A stretch of 63,220 bases of DNA, filler included. It is 7 parts of 7 records of this genome, joined end to end, with 100 filler letters (N's around TTAATTAATTAA, not from the genome) between each part and the next. Parts side by side here need not be neighbours in the genome. Positions count along the whole stretch, not along the records: positions 40,251 to 49,892 come from SRR31147125_4441; positions 49,993 to 56,881 come from SRR31147125_4443; 5 more parts are not named here. The stretch is one strand, 5' to 3'. Under the pieces are notes generated by a model, which was not told where the DNA came from, made no database searches, and saw only the letters and a list, made by a program, of their open reading frames with translations. Position 1 is the first letter of the stretch. The number at the start of each line of letters is the position of its first letter. Of the stretch, positions 44,166 through 55,220 are shown in pieces. Made by a program: the position numbers and the translations under genes.

Positions 44166-44951
44166 TTACTTGATCTCGTATACGACTGTCACTGTTGCAT
44201 TCACTTCAAGCTCGCTTGTCGTGATGGGAGTTTTGATGACGTCATATGACTCCGATTCATCCCTTGTATATTCTATCATTGTTGGGGCGTAGTAGCTGCC
44301 GCCTTCATTGATCTCAAGTGTGGCAACGATCTGTTGACCGCCTGCTTGGGAGATCGCATCGGCCTTGCTCTTGGCGATCGTCATGGCATCTGCCAGCGCC
44401 TGGTTATAGTATTCATTCTCTTCCAACAGAGAGAACTGTATCGAATACTGTGTATTGGCGCCGTTCTCGGCTGCAATGTCAAGAAAGTCCCCTACCCTTT
44501 CGATGTCACCCACCGTCAGCTGCACCGTGTTCGTGACCTGAAATCCGGTGATCGTATTCTTGCCGTTGTTGTAATCATACATCGGATACGCGGAATAGTT
44601 GGTTGTGCGCATATCGTCTTCCGTCAATCCGGCGGCTTTCAGCGCATCGAACAGCTTGTTCATGATGTCTTTGTTGTCCGCTTGCGCATCCGTCATATCT
44701 TTATCCTGCGTCATGACACCGGCTGTAACGTATGCGACGTCAGGCATAACGCTGATGCTGCCTGTGGCGCTGACGGTGAGCATGTTAGCTGCGACGACAT
44801 TGTCACTCATCTCAACGACTATGCGATTCTCCGCGGTTTCTGCGGTTTCTGTGCTGCCATCCGCCGAAGTGTCGATCGCACATGCGCTCAGCATTAACAT
44901 TACCATGACGACCAACGCGATGGCTATTATTTTCTTATTCATTATGTACAC
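44166..44951 (-). CDS. SIMPL/DUF541 lipoprotein
   Basis: LSAC lipobox, TVSATG...PDVA, AL..A..KA, V.ATVTVVY. Confidence 0.85.
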   Translation of the reverse strand: MYIMNKKIIAIALVVMVMLMLSACAIDTSADGSTETAETAENRIVVEMSDNVVAANMLTVSATGSISVMPDVAYVTAGVMTQDKDMTDAQADNKDIMNKLFDALKAAGLTEDDMRTTNYSAYPMYDYNNGKNTITGFQVTNTVQLTVGDIERVGDFLDIAAENGANTQYSIQFSLLEENEYYNQALADAMTIAKSKADAISQAGGQQIVATLEINEGGSYYAPTMIEYTRDESESYDVIKTPITTSELEVNATVTVVYEIK

Positions 44952-44954
44952 TCC

Positions 44955-45973
44955 TTACTTGTTGTCTATGTTGGTATTTTGCTGATTTCTCTCGGCTTGC
45001 TTTTTCAAATGCTTTCTGTTAGACCGCTTGACCAAAACAACAATGAGTACGGCGATGATGGCCAAAGGAATGATTATCGGCGATCCTGCGATGAGGAATA
45101 TTAGCAGTCCTTCGCCAAAGTCTGCCAAAACATTGAGCACCGAGTAGAATCCGTTTTTGATGCGCGTGCCAAGGCTGTCGTCGGACGATGTCACTGCAGT
45201 AATCTCGTTGACTTCTTGCAGCGTGATCGTGATCGTCGAAAAATCTATCAGGCTATCATAATCTCTCAGATTCATCTCATTCATTTGAATTTCGTAAGCG
45301 ACGTCGGCCAGTTCTCTTTCAAGTTCAATGATATCCTGTAGACCTGCCGCCTTCTCTAATAGCTCCGTCAAACGCTCTTCGCGTATGCGCAGCGTTGAAA
45401 GGCGCGTTTCCGTGTCATAATATTCAAGCGAAACATCTCTGCCGCTAACAGAGCTTGAAACGTTGTCGCCAAGGCCTTTGAGCATCTCCATAAACGCGTC
45501 AAAATGACTGCTGGGAACTCTTACGGTAAACTCTGCGCTGCGGCCTGGTCCTGCCAGTCCTCGGGCGCCGTTCCGTAGATATACGCGTTTTCAACATATC
45601 CCCCGGCAGTTTCCAGACTGTCTATGATGTTGTCGTAGTCAGCGTCAAAGTTTTTCGTTTGAGCCTGAATGTAGCCGCTGTAGATGATCTTTCTATCTGC
45701 ACTCGGCTCAAGAATAGACGCAGTGTCATCGATGTCGATGTTGGTGCCGGTAGCCGAGTCTGTTGCGGCTTGCTCTTCTACATCATCATAAGTTTCTTCA
45801 TACTTTGCGCCTTCGTCATAGTCCATGTCTGCCATGGGCGCTTCCGCTGCTTCCGTTTCGGAATAGAAATCGTTACTGCCAGCGCTGTCTTTCCGACTTT
45901 GGCTTGCACAACCTGCAAACAAAAATACAGTCATTACCAATACAGCAATAATTACAAATAAACTCTTTTTCAT
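44955..45973 (-). CDS. DUF4349 lipoprotein; frameshift near 45540
   Basis: FAGC lipobox, RKIIY, DVSLEYYD..RL, IELEREL, FSTITITL, C-terminal TM. Confidence 0.85.
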
Positions 45974-46010
45974 GATATCCTCCTAAAATAAGTTCTTTAT
46001 ATGCGTATAA

Positions 46011-46036
46011 GACGCACGTCTTTTCAATTTTGTTCC
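46011..46036 (-). promoter_or_regulatory. ECF-sigma promoter for the DUF4349-SIMPL genes
   Basis: GGAAC-N17-CGTC on the minus strand, upstream of an AGGAGG RBS. Confidence 0.7.
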
Positions 46037-46043
46037 CAAAAAA

Positions 46044-46594
46044 TCAAATATATATCAATAGTTCTTTAAGTTTTGCCCTGCCGCGATTGATCCTAGACTT
46101 GACAGTGCCCACACTTATGTTAAGAAAATCTGAGATTTCTTCATAAGAAAAGCCGCTGATATCACGCAGGATGATGACCGATTTGTGATCGCTCGACAAG
46201 CTGTTGATTGCTTTTTGAATGTCTTCGCTTTTCTCTGCCGACAAAGCGTGCGCTTCGGGCATGGGCGTGGTGGTGTCCTCGAATGCTGCGCCACTTTCTA
46301 TGCTTTGGTCGAGAGAAAGAGGTGCCTTTTTCTTTTACGCAAGCCGTCAAGGCAGGTGTTGACCGTCAAACGGTATACCCATGAAGAAAAGGACGAACGG
46401 TTCTTGAAGGAAGTTAAGTTTTTATAGATCTTTATCAGGGATTCTTGTGCCATGTCCCAAGCGTCAGCCTCGTTGCCCATAAAACGATACGCAACGTTGT
46501 ACACTCTTTTTTCGTACGCATATATAAGCGCTTCCATTGCTGCGCTGTCTTTTTTTTGCGCACGCACGATGAGCAGCGCTTCGTCTACGGGCAT
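46044..46594 (-). CDS. ECF sigma factor; frameshift near 46300-46335
   Basis: DMAQESLIK, SFSSWVYRL in one ORF; GFSYEEIS, GTVKSRINRGR in the next. Confidence 0.88.
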
Positions 46595-46752
46595 ACTATG
46601 ACCTCTCTAAAACACGACATTTTTTCATTATGCATTATAATGGAATTATACAATATTATCGCACACCTTGCAAAGCATTTTTGGGAATATAGGCACATCT
46701 GCCATAATGCTGAATAGAGAAACGCATCCTTTAATATTACTAAATAAATCAT

Positions 46753-46781
46753 TTGACTTTTGCATTCCTTCAATGTAAACT
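46753..46781 (+). promoter_or_regulatory. Sigma70 promoter of bioY
   Basis: TTGACT-N17-TAAACT. Confidence 0.7.
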
Positions 46782-46803
46782 AATATACATATTACGGTTT
46801 ACA
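46774..46803. promoter_or_regulatory. BirA operator
   Basis: Perfect TGTAAAC-N16-GTTTACA palindrome overlapping the -10 element of bioY. Confidence 0.88.
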
Positions 46804-46813
46804 AGGAGTTGTT

Positions 46814-47404
46814 ATGAAAACAAGACAGTTATTATTGTGCGCGATGTTTGCGGCACTGACTGCAATCGGCGCGTTTATAAAGATACCTATTCCGGGCACT
46901 CCCATGCTGTTTACGCTGCAAACATTTTTTGTGTTTCTAAGTGGTTTAATGCTGGCACCAAGATATGCGCTTATTGCGCAGCTGGTGTATGCGGCAGTCG
47001 GGCTGCTGGGATTGCCGATATTCTCGACCGGCGGCGGTATATCTTATGTGTTGATGCCGTCATTTGGGTTTGTCATCGGCTTTGCGATTTGCGCGTTTTT
47101 GGTGAGCCTGCTCGTTAGAAAAAACTTGCTATTGTTGATATCACAACAACAAAAATTGCAACGCGCCATGCGTATTATTAAAGTTGCAGGGTATGCTCTT
47201 TTGTCGATCGTTACGATGTATATTTTCGGTATTGCGTATATGTACATGATCTATAACGTCTATCTTGGCGAGTCTGTTGCGCTTGAGTTTATAATAGTCA
47301 ATACAACAGGTGTATTCTTTTTTCTTGATATTGCAAAGTTTGCGGTGGCCATACCGCTTGGTGCAGCGGTGTTAAGACGCATGCCAAAATCATTGGTGGG
47401 CTAG
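46814..47404 (+). CDS. bioY: Biotin transporter BioY
   Basis: AMFAALTAIGA, FTLQ, GLLGLPIFS.GGG, PSFGF; BirA box upstream. Confidence 0.93.
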   Translation: MKTRQLLLCAMFAALTAIGAFIKIPIPGTPMLFTLQTFFVFLSGLMLAPRYALIAQLVYAAVGLLGLPIFSTGGGISYVLMPSFGFVIGFAICAFLVSLLVRKNLLLLISQQQKLQRAMRIIKVAGYALLSIVTMYIFGIAYMYMIYNVYLGESVALEFIIVNTTGVFFFLDIAKFAVAIPLGAAVLRRMPKSLVG

Positions 47405-47459
47405 ACGGCGAAAACAAAAAAGGATACCATCTTTTGATGATACCCTTGAGTGTTGATAA

Positions 47460-47807
47460 TTACTTCATGTTTTCTGCCTTGTTATAGATGACGGGTATTT
47501 TGAAAATATCACCTTGCGTTGCCTTGATGATACAGATGATGGTCAATACGACAAAACCGACCCATAGTAACCAGTTTAGCGTGCCAAATAATACCCACAA
47601 AAACGGGATTAGCGAAAGAATTGACAATATGATTGAAGCTGCGATGAAAACACAACCCAAAATCAACGATTGCCAAGCATGAGTTCTAACTGTTTTGTTA
47701 TCTTTTTCTGTCGATAAAAGTATTATTGCGCTGATGATAGAGATGATATAAGCGAACCAACTCGCCGTTTTCTCATCCATACCTAAAGAGTTTTTTTGTT
47801 CAGACAT
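47460..47807 (-). CDS. DUF4870-like small membrane protein
   Basis: EKDNKTVRTHAWQS, three TM helices, G..FKIPVI; AAGGAG RBS. Confidence 0.75.
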   Translation of the reverse strand: MSEQKNSLGMDEKTASWFAYIISIISAIILLSTEKDNKTVRTHAWQSLILGCVFIAASIILSILSLIPFLWVLFGTLNWLLWVGFVVLTIICIIKATQGDIFKIPVIYNKAENMK

Positions 47808-47875
47808 AATGACACTCCTTATTTATTTTGTTTAATTATACAATAAGATGTATGTACATGTAAACTAAGAAAGTA

Positions 47876-48328
47876 TTAAGATTGCTTGTTTATCCACATA
47901 ATAAGTGCGTCTTCGCGGTTGTCGCCGTAATAACGCGGGCGTATACCGACGCTCTTGAACCCTAGCGATGTATAGATATTGATGGCCGCAAGGTTAGACA
48001 CTCTGACTTCGAGCGTAAACTTATCGACATACGGCGGGCAAAGATCAAACATTTTTTGAAGAAGCTGTTTTCCTATGCCATGGCCGCGATATTCGTTTAA
48101 CACGGCGACGTTGACGATGTGCCCTTCGTCAAGTATGAAGTGCGTGCCGCAAAAGCCGATGATGTGCTCATCTAAAACAGCGACCACATATAGCGCATCG
48201 TCATTATCGCATATATCGTCACTTATTGACTGCTCTGACCAAGGGACAGGAAAGCACGCCGCTTCAATATGGTAAACGCCGATGATATCGCAGCATGCAG
48301 CTTTTCTGAAAACAATCTTGCTATTCAT
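47876..48328 (-). CDS. rimI: Ribosomal-protein-alanine N-acetyltransferase
   Basis: PWS, NVAV...RGHGIG, TLEVRVSN, RPRYY...EDALIM. Confidence 0.92.
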   Translation of the reverse strand: MNSKIVFRKAACCDIIGVYHIEAACFPVPWSEQSISDDICDNDDALYVVAVLDEHIIGFCGTHFILDEGHIVNVAVLNEYRGHGIGKQLLQKMFDLCPPYVDKFTLEVRVSNLAAINIYTSLGFKSVGIRPRYYGDNREDALIMWINKQS

Positions 48329-49007
48329 TGGGATGATTTTTTGCATAAACGCGTTCGGCCTGCGTCTCGCGCAAATAGAACGGTTTCAGGTCATACGTGT
48401 TTTGGTATGTGCCCTGCATGTGCAAACGGTATGCACAAAGCCCTACAGACCCGGCGCGTTGAAGTGCGATGCCGCTGTGTGCTACGCGAAAAGACGGCGA
48501 GGATGCAAGTATCTTATCATGAAAGTTGATCGCTGCATCGCCGAGAAATACCGTGCTTTTGTCGCACAGTTCAGCCAAAACCGCATCCAGCTGCACAGCG
48601 CGATAGTCGTTGGTTCTTTTGCCGTCAAAATATGATGCTGTGTAGACATCTCCCCTGCGCGCATCTATGATTGGACAGACGCGCTCGTTCGTGCCAAAAG
48701 CGTTCTGAGCCAGCGCATCAAGCGTGTTTATGCCAAGCGCAGGCTTAGATGACGCGTGGGCGAATGCTTTGATGAGCGCTGTGCCTATACGCAGCCCCGT
48801 AAAAGAACCAGGCCCGACAGCGCAGCAAAAAAGGTCGATATGCTTTGTAGTCATTCCGACGGCCTTAAGACAATTGTCCACCATGGGCGACAACATCTCG
48901 GAATGCGTTTTTGTGTTGTTGACGTATACTTCGGACAGCACTTTGTCGCCCGTCAGCACGGCGACGCTGCACACGTTGCCGGATGTGTCCACTGCGAGTA
49001 TATTCAT
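48321..49007 (-). CDS. tsaB: t6A biosynthesis protein TsaB
   Basis: Start MNILAVDTS (ATGA overlap with tsaE), HSE, GPGSFTGLRIG, DARRG. Confidence 0.93.
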   Translation of the reverse strand: MNILAVDTSGNVCSVAVLTGDKVLSEVYVNNTKTHSEMLSPMVDNCLKAVGMTTKHIDLFCCAVGPGSFTGLRIGTALIKAFAHASSKPALGINTLDALAQNAFGTNERVCPIIDARRGDVYTASYFDGKRTNDYRAVQLDAVLAELCDKSTVFLGDAAINFHDKILASSPSFRVAHSGIALQRAGSVGLCAYRLHMQGTYQNTYDLKPFYLRETQAERVYAKNHPNE

Positions 49008-49426
49008 GACGGGTCCTGCCCTTCTATGGTGATCGTGCGCGTATCCGCTCCGGAGCCATTTAAGCTGACGCGAATGCACGGTGGCAGATCGGACGCGTGC
49101 TCTGCCCATTCTATGACGAAAACGCTGTCGCCGCGAAGGTGATCGTAGAACCCGATGTGTAGAAGCTCCTCCTCATCTTCGATACGATACAAATCGAAGT
49201 GCGACAACGGCAAGCGCCCGCTGTATTCCTTTAGTATAGAAAATGTGGGGCTTGTTACAGTTTCAGCGACATCAAGACCCGCGGCGATGCCTTTCGCAAA
49301 CACCGTTTTTCCCGCGCCAAGCCCGCCGTACAGGGCGACGATATCGCCTGTGCGCAGCGAATTCGCAAAATTCTTGCCAAGCTCAAACGTCTCATTTGCG
49401 CTGCCCGAAACATAGTTTTCGTTCAA
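49004..49426 (-). CDS. tsaE: t6A biosynthesis ATPase TsaE
   Basis: GGLGAGKT, TSPTF, HFDLYR, IEW. Confidence 0.95.
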   Translation of the reverse strand: MNENYVSGSANETFELGKNFANSLRTGDIVALYGGLGAGKTVFAKGIAAGLDVAETVTSPTFSILKEYSGRLPLSHFDLYRIEDEEELLHIGFYDHLRGDSVFVIEWAEHASDLPPCIRVSLNGSGADTRTITIEGQDPS

Positions 49427-49463
49427 AAGATCGACACTCCCCCATTACCCTTGTTGCTTATGC

Positions 49464-49492
49464 AGTATACCCGATTGAACACTAAAAATCAA
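49464..49492 (-). promoter_or_regulatory. Sigma70 promoter of tsaE-tsaB-rimI
   Basis: TTGATT-N17-TATACT on the minus strand. Confidence 0.6.
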
Positions 49493-49517
49493 CGGCATGG
49501 CAATATTGGCATAGATA

Positions 49518-49892
49518 TTAGTCAACAGATTTAAGCTGTTTATTGTTTTTGATCACAAATTTGCGCAAAGGCTTATAAATAACAAACGTGACCGCGCTGT
49601 TTATGGTAGCTTTGATCAAGTTGAACGGTATGAGTATCGGCCAGATCATTGCTTTTACGACCTCTATCGGCGTACCGTAAAACGCGGGTGTAATGATTAA
49701 ATTTGCAGGGATCATGATTGCAGCCATTGCAACTGTTCCGCAGATCAATCCAATGATTGCGCCAACGATGCTGTGCTTTCTCCTGTATATTAGTGAGGCG
49801 ACGGTTACAAGCGTGCCGGATGCGATAAAGTGCATTAGTACGCCGACCCAGCCTCCGACAGCGGCAGACACGGTAAAGCCTTGTATCAAACT
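49518..49892 (-). CDS. ECF transporter S component (RibU-like; 5' truncated)
   Basis: VGVLMHF, ANLIITP.F, IPFNLIK, YKPL. Confidence 0.8.
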   Translation of the reverse strand, partial: SLIQGFTVSAAVGGWVGVLMHFIASGTLVTVASLIYRRKHSIVGAIIGLICGTVAMAAIMIPANLIITPAFYGTPIEVVKAMIWPILIPFNLIKATINSAVTFVIYKPLRKFVIKNNKQLKSVD

Positions 49893-49992
49893 NNNNNNNN
49901 NNNNNNNNNNNNNNNNNNNNNNNNNNNNNNNNNNNNTTAATTAATTAANNNNNNNNNNNNNNNNNNNNNNNNNNNNNNNNNNNNNNNNNNNN
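49893..49992. other. Artificial contig spacer
   Basis: Same linker. Confidence 0.97.
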
Positions 49993-50458
49993 AAGTAAAA
50001 ACGGTTGTTTATTGCTGAATATTGGCCCGAAAGCCGATGGAACTTTGCCCGCTGAAGCAATAAATATTCTGGAAAAAATGGGAGCATGGTTGAGACTGAA
50101 TGGTGAAGCCATTTATGAAACACGCCCGTGGCTTATCCATGGGGAAGGCCCAACAAAAGTAAGTGCCGGTAACCACTCGGAACACGAAAACGTAGATAAC
50201 GTAGCTGAAGATATTCGCTTTACACAAAAAGATGGCGTTTTGTATGCCATTTCTCTTGACTGGCCAAAAGATGGAACTTTCAAAATTAAAACGCTTGCAA
50301 AAGGAAATAAGTACGAATCATGTAAAATTAGTTCGGTAGAATTCATAAGTGGTTCAGAAAGAGCAAGCTGGAAACAAACCAATAACGGTCTGGAAATAAA
50401 AACCAACGGTAAACAGCCTTGCGAGGCTGCGTATGTATTTAAAATTGAGTTTGAATAA
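49993..50458 (+). CDS. Alpha-L-fucosidase (GH29) C-terminal part
   Basis: SKNG..LLNIGPKADG, GAWLRLNGEAIYETRPW, DIRFT. Confidence 0.88.
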
Positions 50459-50475
50459 ATAAAGATGAATCTTTT

Positions 50476-50612
50476 ACCCTTTTGGCTGTAGCCATTTTCC
50501 CTTAAAAAGGGAAAAATTTGAAAATGGAGGTAGTAGGCTTTGAGGTTACTATGAATTTTGTTCAAAGCGCTCTCCCCTTTTGAGGGGAGATGCCGACAGG
50601 CAGAAGGGTAGG
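50476..50612. repeat. Two inverted REP-like double-hairpin elements
   Basis: 50476-50515 (ACCCT..TGGC-TGTA-GCCA..TTTTCCCTT/AAGGGAAAA) mirrors 50571-50609 (TCTCCCCT/AGGGGAGA..TGCC-GACA-GGCA..AGGGT). Confidence 0.6.
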
Positions 50613-50633
50613 GAAACAGCAAAACAAAATAAA

Positions 50634-53311
50634 ATGAGAAAAGTACTGATAGTAATTTTGTTGATCATCCTGGCAAGCGCTTCAATTTTCGCCCAAACCC
50701 CGAATTCTCAAAAGCAGGTTTCTGGGAAGTTAAAAACAGCGGTCGCGAAGTCTTCAATTTTAACCTCGGCTGGCGTTTCTTGAAAGGAGAAATGCAAGGA
50801 GCTCAGGAGTTTGGTTTTGATGATTCGGAATGGGCATTGGTGAATTGCCCGCATGGCTTGGAATACAATTCGAGCGAAGCTAGCGGAAGCTGCAATTACC
50901 AGGGGCCGGCGTGGTACAGAAAGCTCTTTTCTGTTGAGGATAATTTGCAGGAAAAACTTTTGAAACTACATTTTGAATCAGTAATGGGAAAGTGTAAAGT
51001 TTGGTTGAATGGAGTGCAAGTTGGCGAACATTACGGTGGTTATTTGCCATTCACCATAAATTTAAATGAAAACCTAAAAGACGGCGAAAATGTAATTGCC
51101 GTTTGGGCCGATAACAGCGACGACCCAACTTATCCTCCGGGCAAAGAACAAACCCGTTTAGACTTTTCTTATTTCGGTGGAATATACCGCGATGTGTGGA
51201 TGGTAGCTACCAACAACATTTATGTTACCAATCCGAACGAAGCCGCGAAAGTTGCCGGTGGCGGTATTTTTACGCATGTTAATGTAGTTTCGGATAACGA
51301 AGCTAAGCTATTTGTAAAAGCAGATATACAGAATGATGGCGGAAAAATCTCCAAAATAAAGGCTGAACTAAAAGTTCTGAATCCTGAAGGGAAGGAAGTG
51401 GCTAATTCAGTTCAAAATATTTCGGTTAAAGCCGGAAAATCGGTGCAGATTGAAAGTTCTTTCGATATTAAAAATCCAAAATTATGGACACCGTGGTCGC
51501 CCGATTTATACCGATTGGAAGTTGTTTTAAAAGATTCGGAAGGCAATAAAATTGATGGAGTTGCTGTAAAAACCGGGCTTCGAAAAATAGAGTTTAAAGG
51601 CAAAGAGGGTTTCTTTTTGAACAACAAACCATACCCGGGGAAACTGATTGGCGCCAACCGCCATCAAGATCATGGTTATGTGGGGAATGCTATCCCAAAC
51701 AATGGGCAGTGGCGCGATGCACATATCCTGAAAACAGCAGGGTGCGATGTTATTCGTGCAGCACATTATCCGGCCGACCCGGCTTTTATGGATGCCTGCG
51801 ATGCCTTGGGAATGTTCTATATTGAAGCTACTCCGGGCTGGCATTTTTTTGCAGAAGGAATTTTTGAAGAAAGGGTTTACAACGATATAAGAAACATGGT
51901 TCGCCGCGACCGAAATTATGCTTCGGTTTTAATGTGGGAACCTATATTGAACGAAACGCAATACCCCAGCCATTTTGCTAAGCTTACGCATGACATTGTT
52001 CACGAAGAATATCCTTACCAGGGAGCTTTTACTGTTTCCGACAACCGTGCCGATGGGCAAGCGCATTTCGATGTGGTTTATGTGAATCAGGAAAATGCCG
52101 ATTATATAAACGAAGACCGTTGCTATTTTCAGCGCGAATGGGGTGATAATGTGGACGATTTTAATGCACAAAATTCAACCAGTCGCGTTTCAAGAGCTTG
52201 GGGCGAACGACCAATGTTGGTGCAGGCAAAGCGGTATGCCCAGGGCGATTTTGAAAATTTTACAACTTTGGAATCTATTTATGGTGCACCAAAACAGTTT
52301 ATCGGAGGTTCATTATGGTGTGGATTCGACCACCAGCGTGGTTATGCGGTAGATCCTTTTTATGGCGGCATTACCGATGTTTTCCGTCAGCCAAAATATT
52401 CGTACGAAATGTTCCGTAGCCAACGCGAACCCTCGCAGGGTTACGAACCCATGATTTTTATTGCCAACGAAATGACACCTTTTTCAGAATCGGATGTAAC
52501 CATTTTTACAAATTGCGAGGAAGTACGCTTAACGGTTTACGAAGGCGAAAAAGTATTGAAGAAAAAGGCAAATCCTACAAAATATTTGCGTGTCTTAACT
52601 CCACATGGTCAACCAAACCGTACCGAAGAAAAAGGAAAATTGGCCATGTCGCATCCGTATGTAACGTTCGAAAATATTTACGAGTTTATGGATTTAAAAA
52701 GCCTGCACCGCGGAGGCAAAAAATACAATGCAAGTTTAGTTGCCGAAGGTTTGATTGACGGAAAAGTGGTATGCAGTTTTACACGTGTTTCGGGTAAAAA
52801 GCCTACAGCCTTAAAACTTACCCTCGAAAATCGTGGAGTACCATTAAAAGCCAACGGCTCCGACTTTGTTCTTGTAACCGCATCGATGACCGATGAAAAG
52901 GGGAACATAAAACGCCTGAACGAAAGTATGGTGAAATTTGAAGTAAGCGGCGAGGGGGCTTTGATTGGGGACGAAAGTATTGGTGCTAATCCAAGACGAA
53001 TAAGTTGGGGAACTGCACCGGCGCTTATCCGTTCAACCAACAAAGCAGGTAAAATCAGAATTAAAGCAAGTTTGGTAGATGAAGGTAAAAATACCCCGCT
53101 GCCTGCCGAATTAATTATTGAAAGTGTAACAAGCACCGATAAATTTATTCAAACCGAAATGGGTGTTGAAGGCAGTAAAGGAATTACCGCGCTAAAAGAA
53201 ATGTCGGAATCTGAATTAATAAAAGAAAATAAACGCCTGCAAAGAGAGTTGCTTCAATTAAAACTAAAAGAAGAAGAACGCAACCAAATCGATCAGGATG
53301 AGAATAGATAA
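50634..53311 (+). CDS. GH2 beta-galactosidase-like glycosidase; frameshift near 50720-50780
   Basis: Signal peptide at 50634; WYRK, GGYLPF, GGIYRDV, GANRHQD, IRAAHYP, WEPILNE. Confidence 0.9.
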
Positions 53312-53315
53312 AATT

Positions 53316-53361
53316 AAGGATGCCATCCGTTTATGTTGTTTCAAACACGGATGGCATCCTT
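53316..53361. terminator. Long hairpin between GH2 and sulfatase
   Basis: Perfect 15-bp AAGGATGCCATCCGT / ACGGATGGCATCCTT. Confidence 0.7.
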
Positions 53362-53394
53362 TAATTAATAATAACAACATTAAAAACATAAATT

Positions 53395-54966
53395 ATGAAC
53401 ATCAAAAAAAGCATTTTGATTTTAGTCTTAGCTGTTTTTTCGCTAAGCATGAATGCTCAAAACAATCGTCCAAACGTACTTTGGATAACAATTGAAGACT
53501 GGAGCCCGGATTTATCGTGTTACGACACGCCAGGAATATCTACACCGCACGTTGATAAACTGGCTGAAGAAGGAATTCGTTTTACTCACGCTTTTACTAC
53601 AGGCCCGGTTTGTTCCGTTTCTCGTTCGGCAATGATGACCGGTTTTCATCAAAATTATATAAGAGCCAACCAACACCGCGAGCACAATAAACAGCCGCTT
53701 CCGTATGGAATTAAACCTATCCCGAAAATTTTTGAAGAGGCAGGATATTACACCTGTTTAATGAGCTGGAAGACCGACTGTAATTTTGTTCCGAATAAAA
53801 AAGAAGAGCTGTTTATGGATTGCTCCGACTGGACGAAAAATCGAAAAATTGGTTGGCGCAACCGCAAACCCGGGCAACCGTTTTTTGCACGTATAACCTT
53901 TGGAGGAACGCACCGCTCGTGGAATCGCGACCCGCAACGTCCTATCGACACAAAAGATGTAGTTTTGCCACCATATTATGCCGATACCGAATTTATGCGC
54001 CGCGACTGGGCAAATGGCCTGGAGCAAATGCAACTGGTTGACCGCGAAATTGGTGAGCTATTGCAAATTCTGAAAGACGACGGTTTGGCCGAAAATACTA
54101 TTGTGTTTTTTATTGGCGACCATGGCCGTTGCCACATTCGTGGAAAGCAGTTTTTGTACGATGGCGGAATTCATATTCCGATGGTAATGCGCTGGCCCGG
54201 CAATGTTAAACCCGGGAGTGTGAACGATAATTTGGTTATGGCAATTGATATTGATGCAACGGTTTTAGATGCTGCCGGAATCACCCCGGAAGTGCCAATT
54301 CATGGAAAGAACCTGCTGGGTAAAGATGTGAAAAAGCGTAAGTATGTTTTTGCATCGCGCGACAAAATGGATGAAACCCACGATGCAATGCGAGCTATCC
54401 GTTCGAAAGATTATAAATTGATTTTGAATTTAATGCCCGAGCGCCCGTATCTTCAGTACAATCAGTATAAAGAAGGTGGCTATCCTGCTTTAGCCGAAAT
54501 GAATATTTTAAATTTGCAGGGGAAATTAACTCCGGTTCAGGCACAGTTTTTTGCTCCAACAAAACCCAAGATTGAGCTTTTCGATTTAAAGAAAGACCCG
54601 CACGAAATTAATAACGTAGCCAACAATCCAAAATATGCAAAAGTGAAAAAAGAGCTTTTGGCTGAATTGAATAACTGGCGTAAAAATGTGATAAAAGACG
54701 AAGGTGTTACGGATGAATTTAGGGCCTTAAATGTTTTTCCGAAAACAAATCCGATGAAAACTGTTGATGACTGGGTAGATGCAAATCAGAAGAATTACGA
54801 TTTTAACCTTACCGGCTGGCCGGCATGGTACCCAACACGTACACTTGAAGACTGGAAAATTGCGCGTAAAAAATGGGAGCTTTATGTAATGCGCGGTGCC
54901 TCTGAAAATGTTCCGCGCCCGGTAATAAATACAACTTATAAGAATAAGAAGAAAAAGAAGCACTAA
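53395..54966 (+). CDS. Secreted Cys-type sulfatase (family S1)
   Basis: RPNVLWITIED, CSVSRSAMMTG, GDHG, GKQFLYDGG, ELFDL..DPHE. Confidence 0.93.
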   Translation: MNIKKSILILVLAVFSLSMNAQNNRPNVLWITIEDWSPDLSCYDTPGISTPHVDKLAEEGIRFTHAFTTGPVCSVSRSAMMTGFHQNYIRANQHREHNKQPLPYGIKPIPKIFEEAGYYTCLMSWKTDCNFVPNKKEELFMDCSDWTKNRKIGWRNRKPGQPFFARITFGGTHRSWNRDPQRPIDTKDVVLPPYYADTEFMRRDWANGLEQMQLVDREIGELLQILKDDGLAENTIVFFIGDHGRCHIRGKQFLYDGGIHIPMVMRWPGNVKPGSVNDNLVMAIDIDATVLDAAGITPEVPIHGKNLLGKDVKKRKYVFASRDKMDETHDAMRAIRSKDYKLILNLMPERPYLQYNQYKEGGYPALAEMNILNLQGKLTPVQAQFFAPTKPKIELFDLKKDPHEINNVANNPKYAKVKKELLAELNNWRKNVIKDEGVTDEFRALNVFPKTNPMKTVDDWVDANQKNYDFNLTGWPAWYPTRTLEDWKIARKKWELYVMRGASENVPRPVINTTYKNKKKKKH

Positions 54967-55220
54967 TGAGTAAACATAATGTCTTAGTCGTAGGACATAT
55001 TTTATAAGGATAATAAGATTGTCCAAGATTATCTACAAAAAGTGAAAGGTTTTATTTTCAGTAAGTTTTTTCTTTGTATATGTGTAAAATATGCTTTGCA
55101 TTTTTAGCATAACCAAAAGAAACTAAACCATGTCATATCTGAAAATTATCATTCTTTCACTTTTTGTTTTTGTTTTATTTTCATCAAACAGAAAGGCCGA
55201 AATAAATAATAGTGGCAAAG

